64,000 nt of DNA from Thermoprotei archaeon. GTDB taxonomy: Archaea > Thermoproteota > Thermoprotei > Thermoproteales > B15-G16. Both the position numbers and the translations under genes were made by a program. Under the pieces are notes generated by a model. It was not told the origin of the DNA. It saw only the letters and a program-made list of their open reading frames with translations, and searched no databases. The DNA lies in contig QMRC01000006.1 in NCBI GenBank assembly GCA_003649205.1, positions 1 through 64,000 of the forward strand, in the 5' to 3' direction. This document shows positions 10,486-20,580 of this stretch, piece after piece. The stretch's first letter is position 1; every line of letters begins with the position of its first letter.

Positions 10486-10992
10486 TTACAAATTACTCCG
10501 TTTAATATCGATGTCTCGTGAGCTGGTGATGGACCTAACAATGATGAGTACTAGGTAAGTCACCAGCAACATTATTATGAGGATTAAAATCCAAGGTCTA
10601 TACTGCACTAAGAGTGAAAAAGCACCTATGTACGGTACAGCAACAACGACCTTACCAACTACATTACTCATTCTTGGTGGAGGAACATCAGGAACCAAAT
10701 TCGCATCACCTTTCGTAATCACGACATCACCTTCAACAGCTAGCACCCTATGAACAATCAACGTAGTACCTCTCCTATACAGGACAAGTTCTTCAGGATT
10801 AACACTATTGATTACTGGATTTATCACGAGTAGATCACCAACCATGAGAGTAGGCTCCATAGAGTAAGATGCTACCACAGTTAGAATGGGTTTTCCAATG
10901 TGTGAACTGATCACAGAAAGTATTGTTAAGGAAAGTAGAGAAAGTAGGAGTGCGTACTGTAGCACTTTACAGAAGATTCTGCTAATAGACAT
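10486..10992 (-). CDS. Signal peptidase I (Sec11/SipW type)
   Basis: SMEPTL, IVHRV, TKGDAN. Confidence 0.9.
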   Translation of the reverse strand: MSISRIFCKVLQYALLLSLLSLTILSVISSHIGKPILTVVASYSMEPTLMVGDLLVINPVINSVNPEELVLYRRGTTLIVHRVLAVEGDVVITKGDANLVPDVPPPRMSNVVGKVVVAVPYIGAFSLLVQYRPWILILIIMLLVTYLVLIIVRSITSSRDIDIKRSNL

Positions 10993-11048
10993 CTCTATCC
11001 CAGTGACTTCCTAAGAGAATCAATATAACTATTTCACGTACATCAACA

Positions 11049-11162
11049 CTAAGCTACTTTCCTGAGTAGTATCCAGTAGTACGCTAACTCTACTGAAGAC
11101 CATACTCTTGCAGTGGGATCATGCGATGAATACACGTGGTTCACAGCACGTGGTTCTGCCAT
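11049..11162 (-). CDS. Putative 37-aa small protein (not in ORF track)
   Basis: MAEPRAVNHVYSSHDPTARVWSSVELAYYWILLRKVA; GGAGGTGG RBS and TATATAAA upstream. Confidence 0.4.
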   Translation of the reverse strand: MAEPRAVNHVYSSHDPTARVWSSVELAYYWILLRKVA

Positions 11163-11370
11163 TCTTCCCACCTCCAAGACATACTCTGTGTAGTTCTTTA
11201 TATATCTGCTATGTACAATAGTGAAGAAGTTAGGTTTATGTATACCTAGATTTACGTCACCTAAGAGCTGAGATCTACCTTACAGAGGGCTCGATACTGT
11301 TTGCTAAATAGCAAGCATATGCTAGGTTCCGGTGAGGGATTTAGAGGGAGATCTATACCTTAGTCATCTG

Positions 11371-11419
11371 TCAGCTTCTAGCCTGTTCATCAGCATTCAG
11401 AACTCATAATCTTCATCAT
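11371..11419 (-). ncRNA. Box C/D sRNA, predicted guide for Cm34 of a CAU-anticodon tRNA (tRNA-Met)
   Basis: ATGATGA, guide AGATTATGAGTT, CTGA, atgc, TGATGA, guide ACAGGCTAGAAG, CTGA; guide 1 is complementary to ACUCAUAAUCU with the N+5 base on the C of CAU. Confidence 0.88.
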
Positions 11420-11473
11420 GTACTACTTGAGTGAGGGGTTTCTGCCTCTTTATGTATCTTGCTTGGTGTGATC

Positions 11474-12580
11474 TCACGGGAGTATCTTGTTCTCTTCATA
11501 TATGCTCTCGAGAACTTCCCTATGAGGACCAATCCTGACGTTCCTACCAATGTATACGTAGTCACTTATGTACGTGTAGTCTCCAATTACAGCACCTGAC
11601 TCAATTCTAACCCACTTACCTATGTACACACCTTCACCTACAATAGCTTCGCTTATGTAGGTACCTCTTGAAATCAGTACATTACCTAGCAATATGCTTG
11701 TAGATATTCTCACGTTTTCCTCTGCCTTAACTCCACTCAGTATCACGGTGTAAGGTCCTATCTCAGAGTTCTTCCCTATGTAGACATTGCTACCTACGTA
11801 GCACGGACTTATGACTTCACCATCAACTTCACCATCTATTTTTGAATTGGGGTAGTAGTACTTTAGTGCCTCGATATTAGCTCTGAGGTAGTCCTCTGGT
11901 GTACCTATGTCGAACCAGTAGCCTCTATGTACGAAGCCATATACGTCACAGTTTTCGAGTAGTTTAGGTATTAGGTCTATCGATATCTTTAGTCGACAGG
12001 TAAGCTTCTTCGGTAGGTACTTGATAATCTCTGGTTCAAATACGTAGATACCTGCATTCACAAATCCTCTACCTACAAGACCACGTGGCTTCTCAATGAA
12101 CTTCGTAATTCTTGAGTCTGAGTTAAGTGAGGCAACGCCAAATCTAGATAGATCACCTTTAGCCTCGACTAAGACTACAGTTGCTACTCCCCCTTTCTTC
12201 CTATGGAATTCAAGTACCTTCTCCAGATCTACATTGCTAAAGACATCGCCATTTATGACGAGTATTGTTGTGTCTGTGAAGAGAGACTTCAGGTTTGCTA
12301 GTACTATAGGTCCTGCGTCACCTAGTGGTCTATCTTCTATTAGGTACGTTATCTTGTTCTCAAGGGTTCTCCAGTTCTTCTCTACGTGTGTCTTCACTAA
12401 ATCGGCCATGTACCTTAGTGAGAGAATTACGTTACTTATCGGTAGCTTAGTTATGGCTTCGAGTATGTAGTCGATTATTGGTTTATCGAGTATTGGGAGG
12501 AGGACTTTTGGTTTTGTGTAGCTTAATGGTCTCAGTCTCGTAGCGAATCCACCGGCTAGTATCATGGCGACTACGTCCAT
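11474..12580 (-). CDS. NDP-sugar synthase (mannose-1-phosphate guanylyltransferase-like)
   Basis: LAGGFATRLRPL, PK, EKP, WFDIG; C-terminal hexapeptide repeats. Confidence 0.92.
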   Translation of the reverse strand: MDVVAMILAGGFATRLRPLSYTKPKVLLPILDKPIIDYILEAITKLPISNVILSLRYMADLVKTHVEKNWRTLENKITYLIEDRPLGDAGPIVLANLKSLFTDTTILVINGDVFSNVDLEKVLEFHRKKGGVATVVLVEAKGDLSRFGVASLNSDSRITKFIEKPRGLVGRGFVNAGIYVFEPEIIKYLPKKLTCRLKISIDLIPKLLENCDVYGFVHRGYWFDIGTPEDYLRANIEALKYYYPNSKIDGEVDGEVISPCYVGSNVYIGKNSEIGPYTVILSGVKAEENVRISTSILLGNVLISRGTYISEAIVGEGVYIGKWVRIESGAVIGDYTYISDYVYIGRNVRIGPHREVLESIYEENKILP

Positions 12581-12693
12581 AGCTATCGCCTATAGCTCAT
12601 AGGTACTATATAACAGTTCTGAGCTTGCTGTGATTCTTGAGTTATTGTTTTTACTGTCTCTACGTACTTCATTCTCGAATTGGGTGTTGAGTT

Positions 12694-13107
12694 ATGGGTA
12701 CTGCTAGGATCTCCATATCGTTACCTACTGAATTGCTTAGGAGGTTGGATAAGTTCGTTAGTGAGTATGGGGTTGAAAGTAGGTCTAAGGTCATTGTTGA
12801 TGCCCTTCTATCGTACCTAGGTAGTAAGGGCTTCTTTGAAGGTACTGAGCAAGTATTTGGTACTCTACACCTTGTGTACGATCACCGAGCCTCTGTTCAA
12901 GAGCTCCTCGAAATCGAGCACAAATATCTTCACCTCATTAGGTCTACAATCCACATTCATGTTAGTGAGCACATATGTTTTGAAACTATGGTTGTTCAGG
13001 GTATTGCTAGTGAGATTAGGGAGTTGGTATCTAAGCTCAGTAAGGTTAGAGGTGTCAAAACTATTCAATGTGCTCTCTATCGTGAAAGCGATATTAGATC
13101 TCTATAA
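12694..13107 (+). CDS. nikR: Nickel-responsive regulator NikR
   Basis: N-terminal RHH (RISISLP), YDH, HIH...C; adjacent to hyp genes. Confidence 0.88.
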   Translation: MGTARISISLPTELLRRLDKFVSEYGVESRSKVIVDALLSYLGSKGFFEGTEQVFGTLHLVYDHRASVQELLEIEHKYLHLIRSTIHIHVSEHICFETMVVQGIASEIRELVSKLSKVRGVKTIQCALYRESDIRSL

Positions 13108-15438
13108 TTGTCGATTTATCGTATGGTCAAGGCGTTCAGGATAACGGTATCAGGTATTGTACAGGGTGTTGGTTTTAGACCCTTCATCCATAGACTAGCT
13201 CTATCACTGGGACTAACTGGTTACGTACGTAATTTAGGTGGTTCAGAGGTTGAGATCTGGATTGAGGGTAGTGAGGAGGCAATTAGGAAGTTTATTGAGA
13301 GGTTGAGATCTGAGAAACCACCCTCTGCAAAAATTGAGGAGTTACGTATTGAAGAGGTTGAGTGTAGGGGATTTACTGAGTTCAAGATCTTGAGGAGCAG
13401 TGAAGAGATCTCAGGTATATCCATGATCCCACCTGACATAGCTATCTGTAGGTACTGTCTTGAGGAGATTCTCAATCCATCATCTAGATGGTATCGATAT
13501 CCATTCAACTCATGTGCTTGGTGTGGACCTAGGTTCTCAATGATAGAGAGAGTACCGTACGATAGAGAAAATACGTCTATGAGGGATTTCCCGCTATGCG
13601 ATGAGTGTTTGAGAGAGTATAGTGATGTGGGTAATGTCAGGAGATACCACGCACAAGGCATATCCTGTCCCAAATGCGGTCCCAAGGTAACTCTACTCGA
13701 TAAGCATGGTGAAGTAGTTGATGTCAAGGACCCCATATCTGTAGCAGCTAGGTTAATAGATGAGGGCTACATCATTGCTGTCAAGGGCTTAGGTGGTTAC
13801 CACATAGCGTGTCTAGCGACTGATGACGATGTTGTGTTGAGATTGAGGATGAGAAAGAAGAGAACGAGGAAACCATTTGCACTAATGGTACTTGACGTGA
13901 GTGTTGGTATGAGACTTTGCTACCTAACTAGTAAACATGTTGAGTTACTAACATCACCTGAAGCACCTATAGTCATTGCACCTAGGAGAGAGGATGCACC
14001 TGTATCACCCTACGTTGCGCCCAATATGAGTACCCTAGGCATAATGCTTCCATACACCGGTCTACACTACCTACTACTTAGTGAGCTGAGAGATAAATTC
14101 GCTATCATGACTAGTGGTAACATACATGGCAAGCCAACGATAATTAGTGACGATGTTGCACTGAAGGAGCTTGGGAATGTAGTTGATTACCTCCTAGTAC
14201 ACAACCGCAGAATAGTTAATCGAGTTGATGATAGTGTTGTGAGGTTAACCGATGGTGAACCAACTATTCTGAGAAGAAGTAGAGGATATGCACCAACTTG
14301 GCTGAAACTACCCTTTAAACTACCTAGACCGGTTATTGCCTTTGGTGCTGAGTTGAGTAGTTGTGGTGCTATTGGTATTGATAGGTACGTAATACCGACA
14401 CAGTATGTTGGTGATGTGGATGAGTATGAGAACTTAGTATTTCTAGAGCAAGCACTGAGGTTCCTGATTAGGAACTATAGGGTAGATCTAGGGAGATCGG
14501 TTCTGGTATCTGACCTACATCCAAGGTATACAAGTACGTACTTAGCTAGGAAGTGGAGTGAAGAAAATAAGGTACCCTTAATGCAGGTTCAACACCATCA
14601 CTCTCACATCGTTGCTGTTTTGGTTGATCACGGTATTGATCCTGACGAGGAGGTTATAGGTATTGCAATCGATGGTTTAGGGTATGGGATAGATGGTAAC
14701 GCATGGGGTGGCGAGGTCCTTAGGGTGACATACCGTGGATTTAGGAGAGTTGGTCACCTTCGTTACCAGGTAATGCCTGGTGGTGACCTAGCGGTTAAGT
14801 ACCCAATAAGGATGTTAATCAGTATACTCGCTAGTAAGCTGGAAGAAGATGAGGTAAAGAAGTTCATTAAGGAGCTAGGCTACAGGAACTACCTTGAGTC
14901 GTTGGAGTTTGAAACTATTCTGAAGCAGGTTAAGATGGGAAGTCCAGTGACATCTAGTATGGGGAGAGTGCTCGATGCGATATCAGTAGCTCTCGGTATT
15001 TGTTGGGAGAGAACATACGAAGGTGAACCGGCTATCTTATTGGAGGAACATGCTAGGGGTGGGAAGCTACTTGATGGCATCCGCGTACCGATACATTACA
15101 TGGATGATAGCTACATCATTGATACGACAGAACTGCTCTATCAGGTCATAGAGCATGCTATTGAAGGATACGATACTAAGTCTATTGCATTAACAGCTCA
15201 GTACGAGCTAGGTAGAGCACTTGGTGATGTTGCTAAGAGGTGTAGCACAAGAGGTATAACTTACGTGGTCGTCTCCGGTGGGTGTGCTGTTAACGACTAC
15301 ATAGTTAAAGGTATTAGAGAAGCCCTCACCAGTACATCCCTCAAATTGCTCAGAGCGCGAAGGATACCACCTAATGATGGTTCCATAGCTGTGGGTCAAG
15401 TAGCTATTGTAGGTGCTGAATTGCTTAACGAGAACTAG
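13108..15438 (+). CDS. hypF: Carbamoyltransferase HypF (likely start ~13123)
   Basis: VQGVGFRPF, two CxxC zinc fingers, KGLGGYH, QHHHSH, PPNDG. Confidence 0.96.
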   Translation: MSIYRMVKAFRITVSGIVQGVGFRPFIHRLALSLGLTGYVRNLGGSEVEIWIEGSEEAIRKFIERLRSEKPPSAKIEELRIEEVECRGFTEFKILRSSEEISGISMIPPDIAICRYCLEEILNPSSRWYRYPFNSCAWCGPRFSMIERVPYDRENTSMRDFPLCDECLREYSDVGNVRRYHAQGISCPKCGPKVTLLDKHGEVVDVKDPISVAARLIDEGYIIAVKGLGGYHIACLATDDDVVLRLRMRKKRTRKPFALMVLDVSVGMRLCYLTSKHVELLTSPEAPIVIAPRREDAPVSPYVAPNMSTLGIMLPYTGLHYLLLSELRDKFAIMTSGNIHGKPTIISDDVALKELGNVVDYLLVHNRRIVNRVDDSVVRLTDGEPTILRRSRGYAPTWLKLPFKLPRPVIAFGAELSSCGAIGIDRYVIPTQYVGDVDEYENLVFLEQALRFLIRNYRVDLGRSVLVSDLHPRYTSTYLARKWSEENKVPLMQVQHHHSHIVAVLVDHGIDPDEEVIGIAIDGLGYGIDGNAWGGEVLRVTYRGFRRVGHLRYQVMPGGDLAVKYPIRMLISILASKLEEDEVKKFIKELGYRNYLESLEFETILKQVKMGSPVTSSMGRVLDAISVALGICWERTYEGEPAILLEEHARGGKLLDGIRVPIHYMDDSYIIDTTELLYQVIEHAIEGYDTKSIALTAQYELGRALGDVAKRCSTRGITYVVVSGGCAVNDYIVKGIREALTSTSLKLLRARRIPPNDGSIAVGQVAIVGAELLNEN

Positions 15439-15667
15439 TTTTAGGAACCTTAATTGAGTTAACTACCTCACTGAGCAACTTCAGCATCTCAAGAGCCTCT
15501 TCCCTACTGATCTTTGATATTGCGAAACCTGCATGAACAATTACGTAATCACCTGGTTGAACATCTGGAGTCAACACTATGGATACCTCCTTCCGTAGAC
15601 CACCGAAGTCAACTATAGCTGTATCTCCTCTAACCTCGAGGACTTTACCTGGAATACCCAGACACAT
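15425..15667 (-). CDS. hypC: Hydrogenase chaperone HypC
   Basis: MCLGIP, GDYVIVHAGFAI. Confidence 0.96.
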   Translation of the reverse strand: MCLGIPGKVLEVRGDTAIVDFGGLRKEVSIVLTPDVQPGDYVIVHAGFAISKISREEALEMLKLLSEVVNSIKVPKTSSR

Positions 15668-15671
15668 GAAA

Positions 15672-16553
15672 TTACATCACCAGTACTAAATCAGGTACAT
15701 AGCCCGGATTAAATTTAACTGCCTTTACATCAACATACTCTGATAAGGTCTCTGGCACATCACCATGGCACCTGAGGTATCTTAGTACCAATTCCGGGTC
15801 ATAGCATATAGCACTCAATTTAGCTCTACGTGAAGTCGTAGACTCGTTATGTCTTAGGGAAAGGAGACAGAGGCTACTTGCTAACTCATCCATGTCAGTG
15901 GATATGAGGAGGAATGGAGGAATAACAGGTAGAGTTAGGTACTTCCCAGCTCTCTTATCAAAATACATACCGTACTCCCTGCCAAGTACCTGTGGCGTAT
16001 TGTTGAGTATTAGGGTCGGTATACAGAGTGCGAGTAGTGCAAGTACTTCACTTAGCTCAAAGTCGTCCTTAATGACCGTAATCGGTATGTTGAGTAGTAT
16101 TAAGTGAATTGCTCTTGAGAGATCTAGGTACGTACTATAGCTCCAGAGACAGCAGAGGTACAGTACAAGAGCAAGAAGCTCGATGATGCTTTCGCACCTT
16201 ATCACAACCACTCTACTGGCTAACCTACCTAGGTCAATTGAGGGATCTTCAGTAAATAAAAAGGTAGTGAACTTACCAAGTAGTACGTGAGGTGTGTACT
16301 TCCTCAGTAATCTTCTCTTACATAGAACCTCTTCGCCAAAGTTAGTACGCTCGCAACATCTCAACATTGATATCAGGGTGTTGATGTCTATAGCATAAAC
16401 CTCGTGCTTCGCAAGCTTGCAGAAGACCTTGACACCCATGACCTTGAATTTCGCATGCTGAACAGGAGGTGCATTCTGTAGACAGTACCTAATCTCTGGC
16501 TCAACCTCGTAGTACTGTGTGTACACTGCCCTCAACACATCGTCTAAGTACAT
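15672..16553 (-). CDS. Hypothetical protein within hyp operon
   Basis: 293-aa ORF between hypD-like and hypC; no family recognised. Confidence 0.55.
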   Translation of the reverse strand: MYLDDVLRAVYTQYYEVEPEIRYCLQNAPPVQHAKFKVMGVKVFCKLAKHEVYAIDINTLISMLRCCERTNFGEEVLCKRRLLRKYTPHVLLGKFTTFLFTEDPSIDLGRLASRVVVIRCESIIELLALVLYLCCLWSYSTYLDLSRAIHLILLNIPITVIKDDFELSEVLALLALCIPTLILNNTPQVLGREYGMYFDKRAGKYLTLPVIPPFLLISTDMDELASSLCLLSLRHNESTTSRRAKLSAICYDPELVLRYLRCHGDVPETLSEYVDVKAVKFNPGYVPDLVLVM

Positions 16554-16564
16554 GAGAGCTTCCT

Positions 16565-17578
16565 CTAGCTACCCTTAAGCCACCAGTACCAGATGCTACA
16601 AGTGCCGTCTGGAATGGCCATAGGTAGCCCTAGAGGGTTATGTGGATTACATCTCACATTGAAGTGAGGACAAGATATAGGGAGCTCCCTACCCTCAATA
16701 ACACCCCTACAGTGGGTGAGATGGGGGAAATCTTCGAGATCAAGTTCATCGCGTAGATGTAGGTATTGATGAACATCATAGATTGAGAACTCATCCCTGA
16801 ATGAGAAACCACTCAGCGGTATCTCTCCTATAGCAAACCAAGGTATATCACAACGTTTAAACACCTCATTAATTACGGCATCTAGAGAACGTGGCGTGGA
16901 GGTACTAGGGGTGAGGGAACTCAATTCCTCTAATACACTTGATATAGCTAGTAACACATCAGTACAGCAAGTAAGTGAGGATATCACGTACTTACATCTA
17001 TACACGGAGATCAACCTTGAGAAGTCACTTAGATTCTCAAGAATGTTGAAAGTTCTTGGAAAAATAAGTCCTCTAATGGTGGAACCCTCACGAGCTATCA
17101 AGTACTCTAGGAATGTGATGAGAGATCTACAGGAAAGATAGAACTTCACATTGCTAGGAACTTCACCTCTCAATATCGAGTAAGCTAACTCAATTACTTC
17201 TGGTTCAAATCCGGGATAAAATATAACGACTAACTTATGACTAAATCTCTTAGCTAATTCAAGCGCTTCTGCTAGATTACTGAAGGAGACTACGTTACCG
17301 AGCTCTCTCAGGAGATTAACAGTACCTAACCTTGAGGGGTACAAAAGTACAGTGCCTGACCTACATAATGTAGCTACGTTACGTAACTCACTTATTGTGC
17401 AACACGTGTACGGTGACGTTGGCCCTGGCATTATGGTTAAATTCTGTGGTAAATATGCTCTGAGGTAATGCTTAAGGAGTTGGTACTCACAACTGCTTGA
17501 GAAGTGAAGTATCTTCACCTCACTCTCTGAATATAGACCATGTATCTTCCTGAGTAGCTCATCAACTTTACCAGCCAT
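16565..17578 (-). CDS. hypD: Highly divergent HypD-like protein
   Basis: Position between hypE and hypC; GFE motif; C-terminal CPHF...CNPHNPLG...GTCSIWY; CGxHxH and GPGCPVC degenerate. Confidence 0.75.
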   Translation of the reverse strand: MAGKVDELLRKIHGLYSESEVKILHFSSSCEYQLLKHYLRAYLPQNLTIMPGPTSPYTCCTISELRNVATLCRSGTVLLYPSRLGTVNLLRELGNVVSFSNLAEALELAKRFSHKLVVIFYPGFEPEVIELAYSILRGEVPSNVKFYLSCRSLITFLEYLIAREGSTIRGLIFPRTFNILENLSDFSRLISVYRCKYVISSLTCCTDVLLAISSVLEELSSLTPSTSTPRSLDAVINEVFKRCDIPWFAIGEIPLSGFSFRDEFSIYDVHQYLHLRDELDLEDFPHLTHCRGVIEGRELPISCPHFNVRCNPHNPLGLPMAIPDGTCSIWYWWLKGS

Positions 17579-17590
17579 GGTATAACCTAG

Positions 17591-18610
17591 CTAGCAAATT
17601 CTAGGTATAGGTGCGCCAATTGGAGGTTGAAGAATTCTGGCGCTACCAATACTTGTTCTAAGCAGTACAGTCCCTCTAGGCTCCTCCCTTACCTCACCTA
17701 TCACCGAAGCTTCACTAAATCCATATCTCTTAAGCTCCTCAATCAATTCATCAGCAAATTCCGCATCAACAGACATCACCATCTGACCTTCACATGCTAA
17801 CTCAAGGTAATCTACACCAGTTAACTCAGCTAACGAACGTACGGACTCCCTCACAGGTATATACTCCTCATAAATCACTATGCACACATTAGATTTCCTA
17901 GCAAACTCATTGAGAGCCATAGCCAAGCCACCTCTAGTAGGGTCCTTACATGCATGTACGCCACCAACTCTCTTCATAACATCAATTAGCTCATACAGTG
18001 GTCTACAGTCACTACTGATACTGACCTCACTAAGCATGTTGAGTTGATGGGCTAGTACCATAGCACCGTGATCACCAACAGGACCAGTGATAACAATCTT
18101 ATCACCTACCTTAACATTGGAGTCAGATAGAGGACCAACCTCACATACACCAAGACCAACCATAGTCACAACAACTCCATCAAGAGAGCCCTTAGGCATA
18201 ACCTTGAAGTCACCGCCGAGCAAAGCTATGTTGTACCTATTGGCTATATCCTGGATAGACTTCGCAATCCTAGCTAAATCACCTAGGGGAAACCCCTCTT
18301 CAACAACAATAGAGTCTAAAACAGCTACTGGACGAGCACCAACAGCAACTAAGTCATTTATCGTACCGGAGATAGCTAACTTACCGATATCACCACCTGG
18401 AAAGAATACTGGCTTTATGGTGTAGCTATCGACTGTGATGGCTACCTTAAACTCACCAAACTCAACCACAGCAGAGTCATCAAAGTCATCGAGACCTAGA
18501 GGACCTAGTCTCCTCTTAACAACATCACTAATAAGTGAGGTAACTAGCTTCTGAGTCTCCACACCACCAGCACCCATTACTAACGTAATGACATCACCTA
18601 ACTCACTCAT
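17591..18610 (-). CDS. hypE: Hydrogenase maturation protein HypE
   Basis: FFPGGDIGKLA, DPTRGG, C-terminal PRIC. Confidence 0.96.
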   Translation of the reverse strand: MSELGDVITLVMGAGGVETQKLVTSLISDVVKRRLGPLGLDDFDDSAVVEFGEFKVAITVDSYTIKPVFFPGGDIGKLAISGTINDLVAVGARPVAVLDSIVVEEGFPLGDLARIAKSIQDIANRYNIALLGGDFKVMPKGSLDGVVVTMVGLGVCEVGPLSDSNVKVGDKIVITGPVGDHGAMVLAHQLNMLSEVSISSDCRPLYELIDVMKRVGGVHACKDPTRGGLAMALNEFARKSNVCIVIYEEYIPVRESVRSLAELTGVDYLELACEGQMVMSVDAEFADELIEELKRYGFSEASVIGEVREEPRGTVLLRTSIGSARILQPPIGAPIPRIC

Positions 18611-18659
18611 CGCAGATCCCAGAAAATGAGAAATAACTCTTCTGAATTAAGTAATTCCC

Positions 18660-18815
18660 ATGAAGGAGCTGAAGAAGAGAGCTATATCACTCGTCATAGC
18701 ATCCATAGCACTCTCCACACTCGCACTAGCATACACACTGAGCGAACAGTACCTAGTATCAACCATTACACTTGCATTACTATTACTACTCCTCACATTG
18801 CTCCTCCTCAGGTAA
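18660..18815 (+). CDS. 51-aa two-TM small membrane protein (not in ORF track)
   Basis: MKELKKRAISLVIASIALSTLALAYTLSEQYLVSTITLALLLLLLLTLLLLR; precedes the SDH protease gene. Confidence 0.55.
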   Translation: MKELKKRAISLVIASIALSTLALAYTLSEQYLVSTITLALLLLLLTLLLLR

Positions 18816-18861
18816 CTTAATTAACGTAGTTAGGTAACTAAGAGTAATGAGGGTTTAGTAC

Positions 18862-19770
18862 ATGGATGAGATTAGTTGGTTAATCGGTTTCCTCTTTTGG
18901 TTCCTACTAATAGCTCTAGTCTTCACACCATCACTACAGCATAGAGCACTAAAAGCCGCGAGATTGAGGTTAATTAGCGAGATAGAGCGTAAGTACGGTA
19001 TTAGAGTGATAACACTAATACATAGACAGGAGAGAGTTAGCTTCTTCGGTATACCTGTCTACAGGTACATAGATATAGAGGATTCAGAGGAAATCATTAG
19101 AGCAATTAAGACAACACCACCAGACAAGACAATTGCTCTTATACTACACACACCAGGTGGCCTAGTACTAGCAGCCGCGCAAATAGCAATGGCCCTTAAA
19201 CGTCATCCAGGTAGAAAAATAGTGGTTATTCCACACTATGCAATGAGCGGTGGGACCCTAATCGCACTAGCAGCTGATGAGATATGGATGGATCCAGATG
19301 CCGTACTGGGACCCCTTGATCCACAACTAACGCTAGGTCAAGGACTAGCTGTACCAGCTCCATCAGTTATCAAGGTAGCTAAGATGAAGGGTAAAGATGC
19401 AAGTGACCAATTACTAGTGATGGCTGACATAGCTGAGAAGGCAATAAATGAAGTTAGAGAACTAATCATTAGACTACTTAGCGATAAGCTACCAAGGGAA
19501 AGAGCAGAGGAAATAGCTAGAGCACTAACAGAGGGTAAATGGACACATGACTATCCACTAACAGTTGAAGAAGCGAAGAAACTCGGGTTACCGATAAGGG
19601 AGTACATACCACCTGAAGTCTATGAATTAATGAAGTTATATCCACAAGCACAACCAAGTAGACCAGGTATCGAGTACATACCGTACCCCATGCCAACACC
19701 TCAGGTACCTAGGAGAGTAGAGAGGAGGGGAGAGACAAGTAGCGTAACAGTACTAGGTTGGGTACTCTAG
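18862..19770 (+). CDS. SDH-family Clp-fold serine protease
   Basis: LIHRQE, HTPGG, AMSGGT, LGPLDPQ, WTHDYP. Confidence 0.92.
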   Translation: MDEISWLIGFLFWFLLIALVFTPSLQHRALKAARLRLISEIERKYGIRVITLIHRQERVSFFGIPVYRYIDIEDSEEIIRAIKTTPPDKTIALILHTPGGLVLAAAQIAMALKRHPGRKIVVIPHYAMSGGTLIALAADEIWMDPDAVLGPLDPQLTLGQGLAVPAPSVIKVAKMKGKDASDQLLVMADIAEKAINEVRELIIRLLSDKLPRERAEEIARALTEGKWTHDYPLTVEEAKKLGLPIREYIPPEVYELMKLYPQAQPSRPGIEYIPYPMPTPQVPRRVERRGETSSVTVLGWVL

Positions 19771-20493
19771 AACACCCTCTATCTCAAATCCTCGATCTGT
19801 TTGTCTGTACACATACCTATCCTTCGAGTACACTGTCTTAACACACTTCTCAATCCACATAACTCTATATGCTCTACCCTTCTTCCAAAATCTCTTCAAC
19901 CTAATAACTACGTCAGGTAGCTGCCTTAGGAATACCTCAGTATTCTCATCCAAGACCCCTTCAGTATAAACTAAAAGGTAGATAGCATTGTACTTCCTAG
20001 CTTCAGCATGTAGCTTAGCCATTAGGTGGTATATTCGTTCTCTATCCATTGTAAAGAGAAGCGTAGAGAGATGCGATAGCACTAATCGACCGTAAGAACC
20101 ATCACTATAGACCTCAGCTTGAGCCAGTGATAGAGTCTCTAACAGCTCATCTACATTAAATGGATTTTCCACGACGTACTGAGCCTTACTCTCGTGACCT
20201 ACCCTAGGAGAGAAACAGTCAACAAATATCAGGTGCTCACGTTCAAAGTACTCTCTAACATTCCAACCAAATCTCTCCATACTCTCTAGAACATCTTCGG
20301 GAAACATATCAATAGTCACGTAGATACACTTCTCACCAGACATTAAACCATACCACAGTATTTGCTGTGCTAGTAAGTTCTTTCCAACACCTACATCACC
20401 ACTGATCATCACAACAGCAGGTCTAGGCAGACCACCTTCAAGAATATTGTCAAGTAAGTTAACTCCTGTAGCTGCTCTCAAGTACCTCACCAA
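19753..20493 (-). CDS. KaiC/RAD55-family ATPase
   Basis: TGVNLLD..LEGG, Walker A GDVGVGKN. Confidence 0.85.
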   Translation of the reverse strand: MVRYLRAATGVNLLDNILEGGLPRPAVVMISGDVGVGKNLLAQQILWYGLMSGEKCIYVTIDMFPEDVLESMERFGWNVREYFEREHLIFVDCFSPRVGHESKAQYVVENPFNVDELLETLSLAQAEVYSDGSYGRLVLSHLSTLLFTMDRERIYHLMAKLHAEARKYNAIYLLVYTEGVLDENTEVFLRQLPDVVIRLKRFWKKGRAYRVMWIEKCVKTVYSKDRYVYRQTDRGFEIEGVLEYPT

Positions 20494-20580
20494 TTAAATA
20501 CCTTAGGAATACAGGTAAATTAAGTTAGTAGTTTGGTGGAACTGATATACAGAATTTGTGACTAAAGCACGTGAAACATC

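Noticed and set aside
18626-18820. 64-aa His/Thr-rich ORF as a nickel-binding peptide near hyp genes
   Set aside because: The overlapping frame 18660-18815 gives a more plausible membrane protein; the His content comes from CAC/CAT in Leu/Ser/Ala codon runs.
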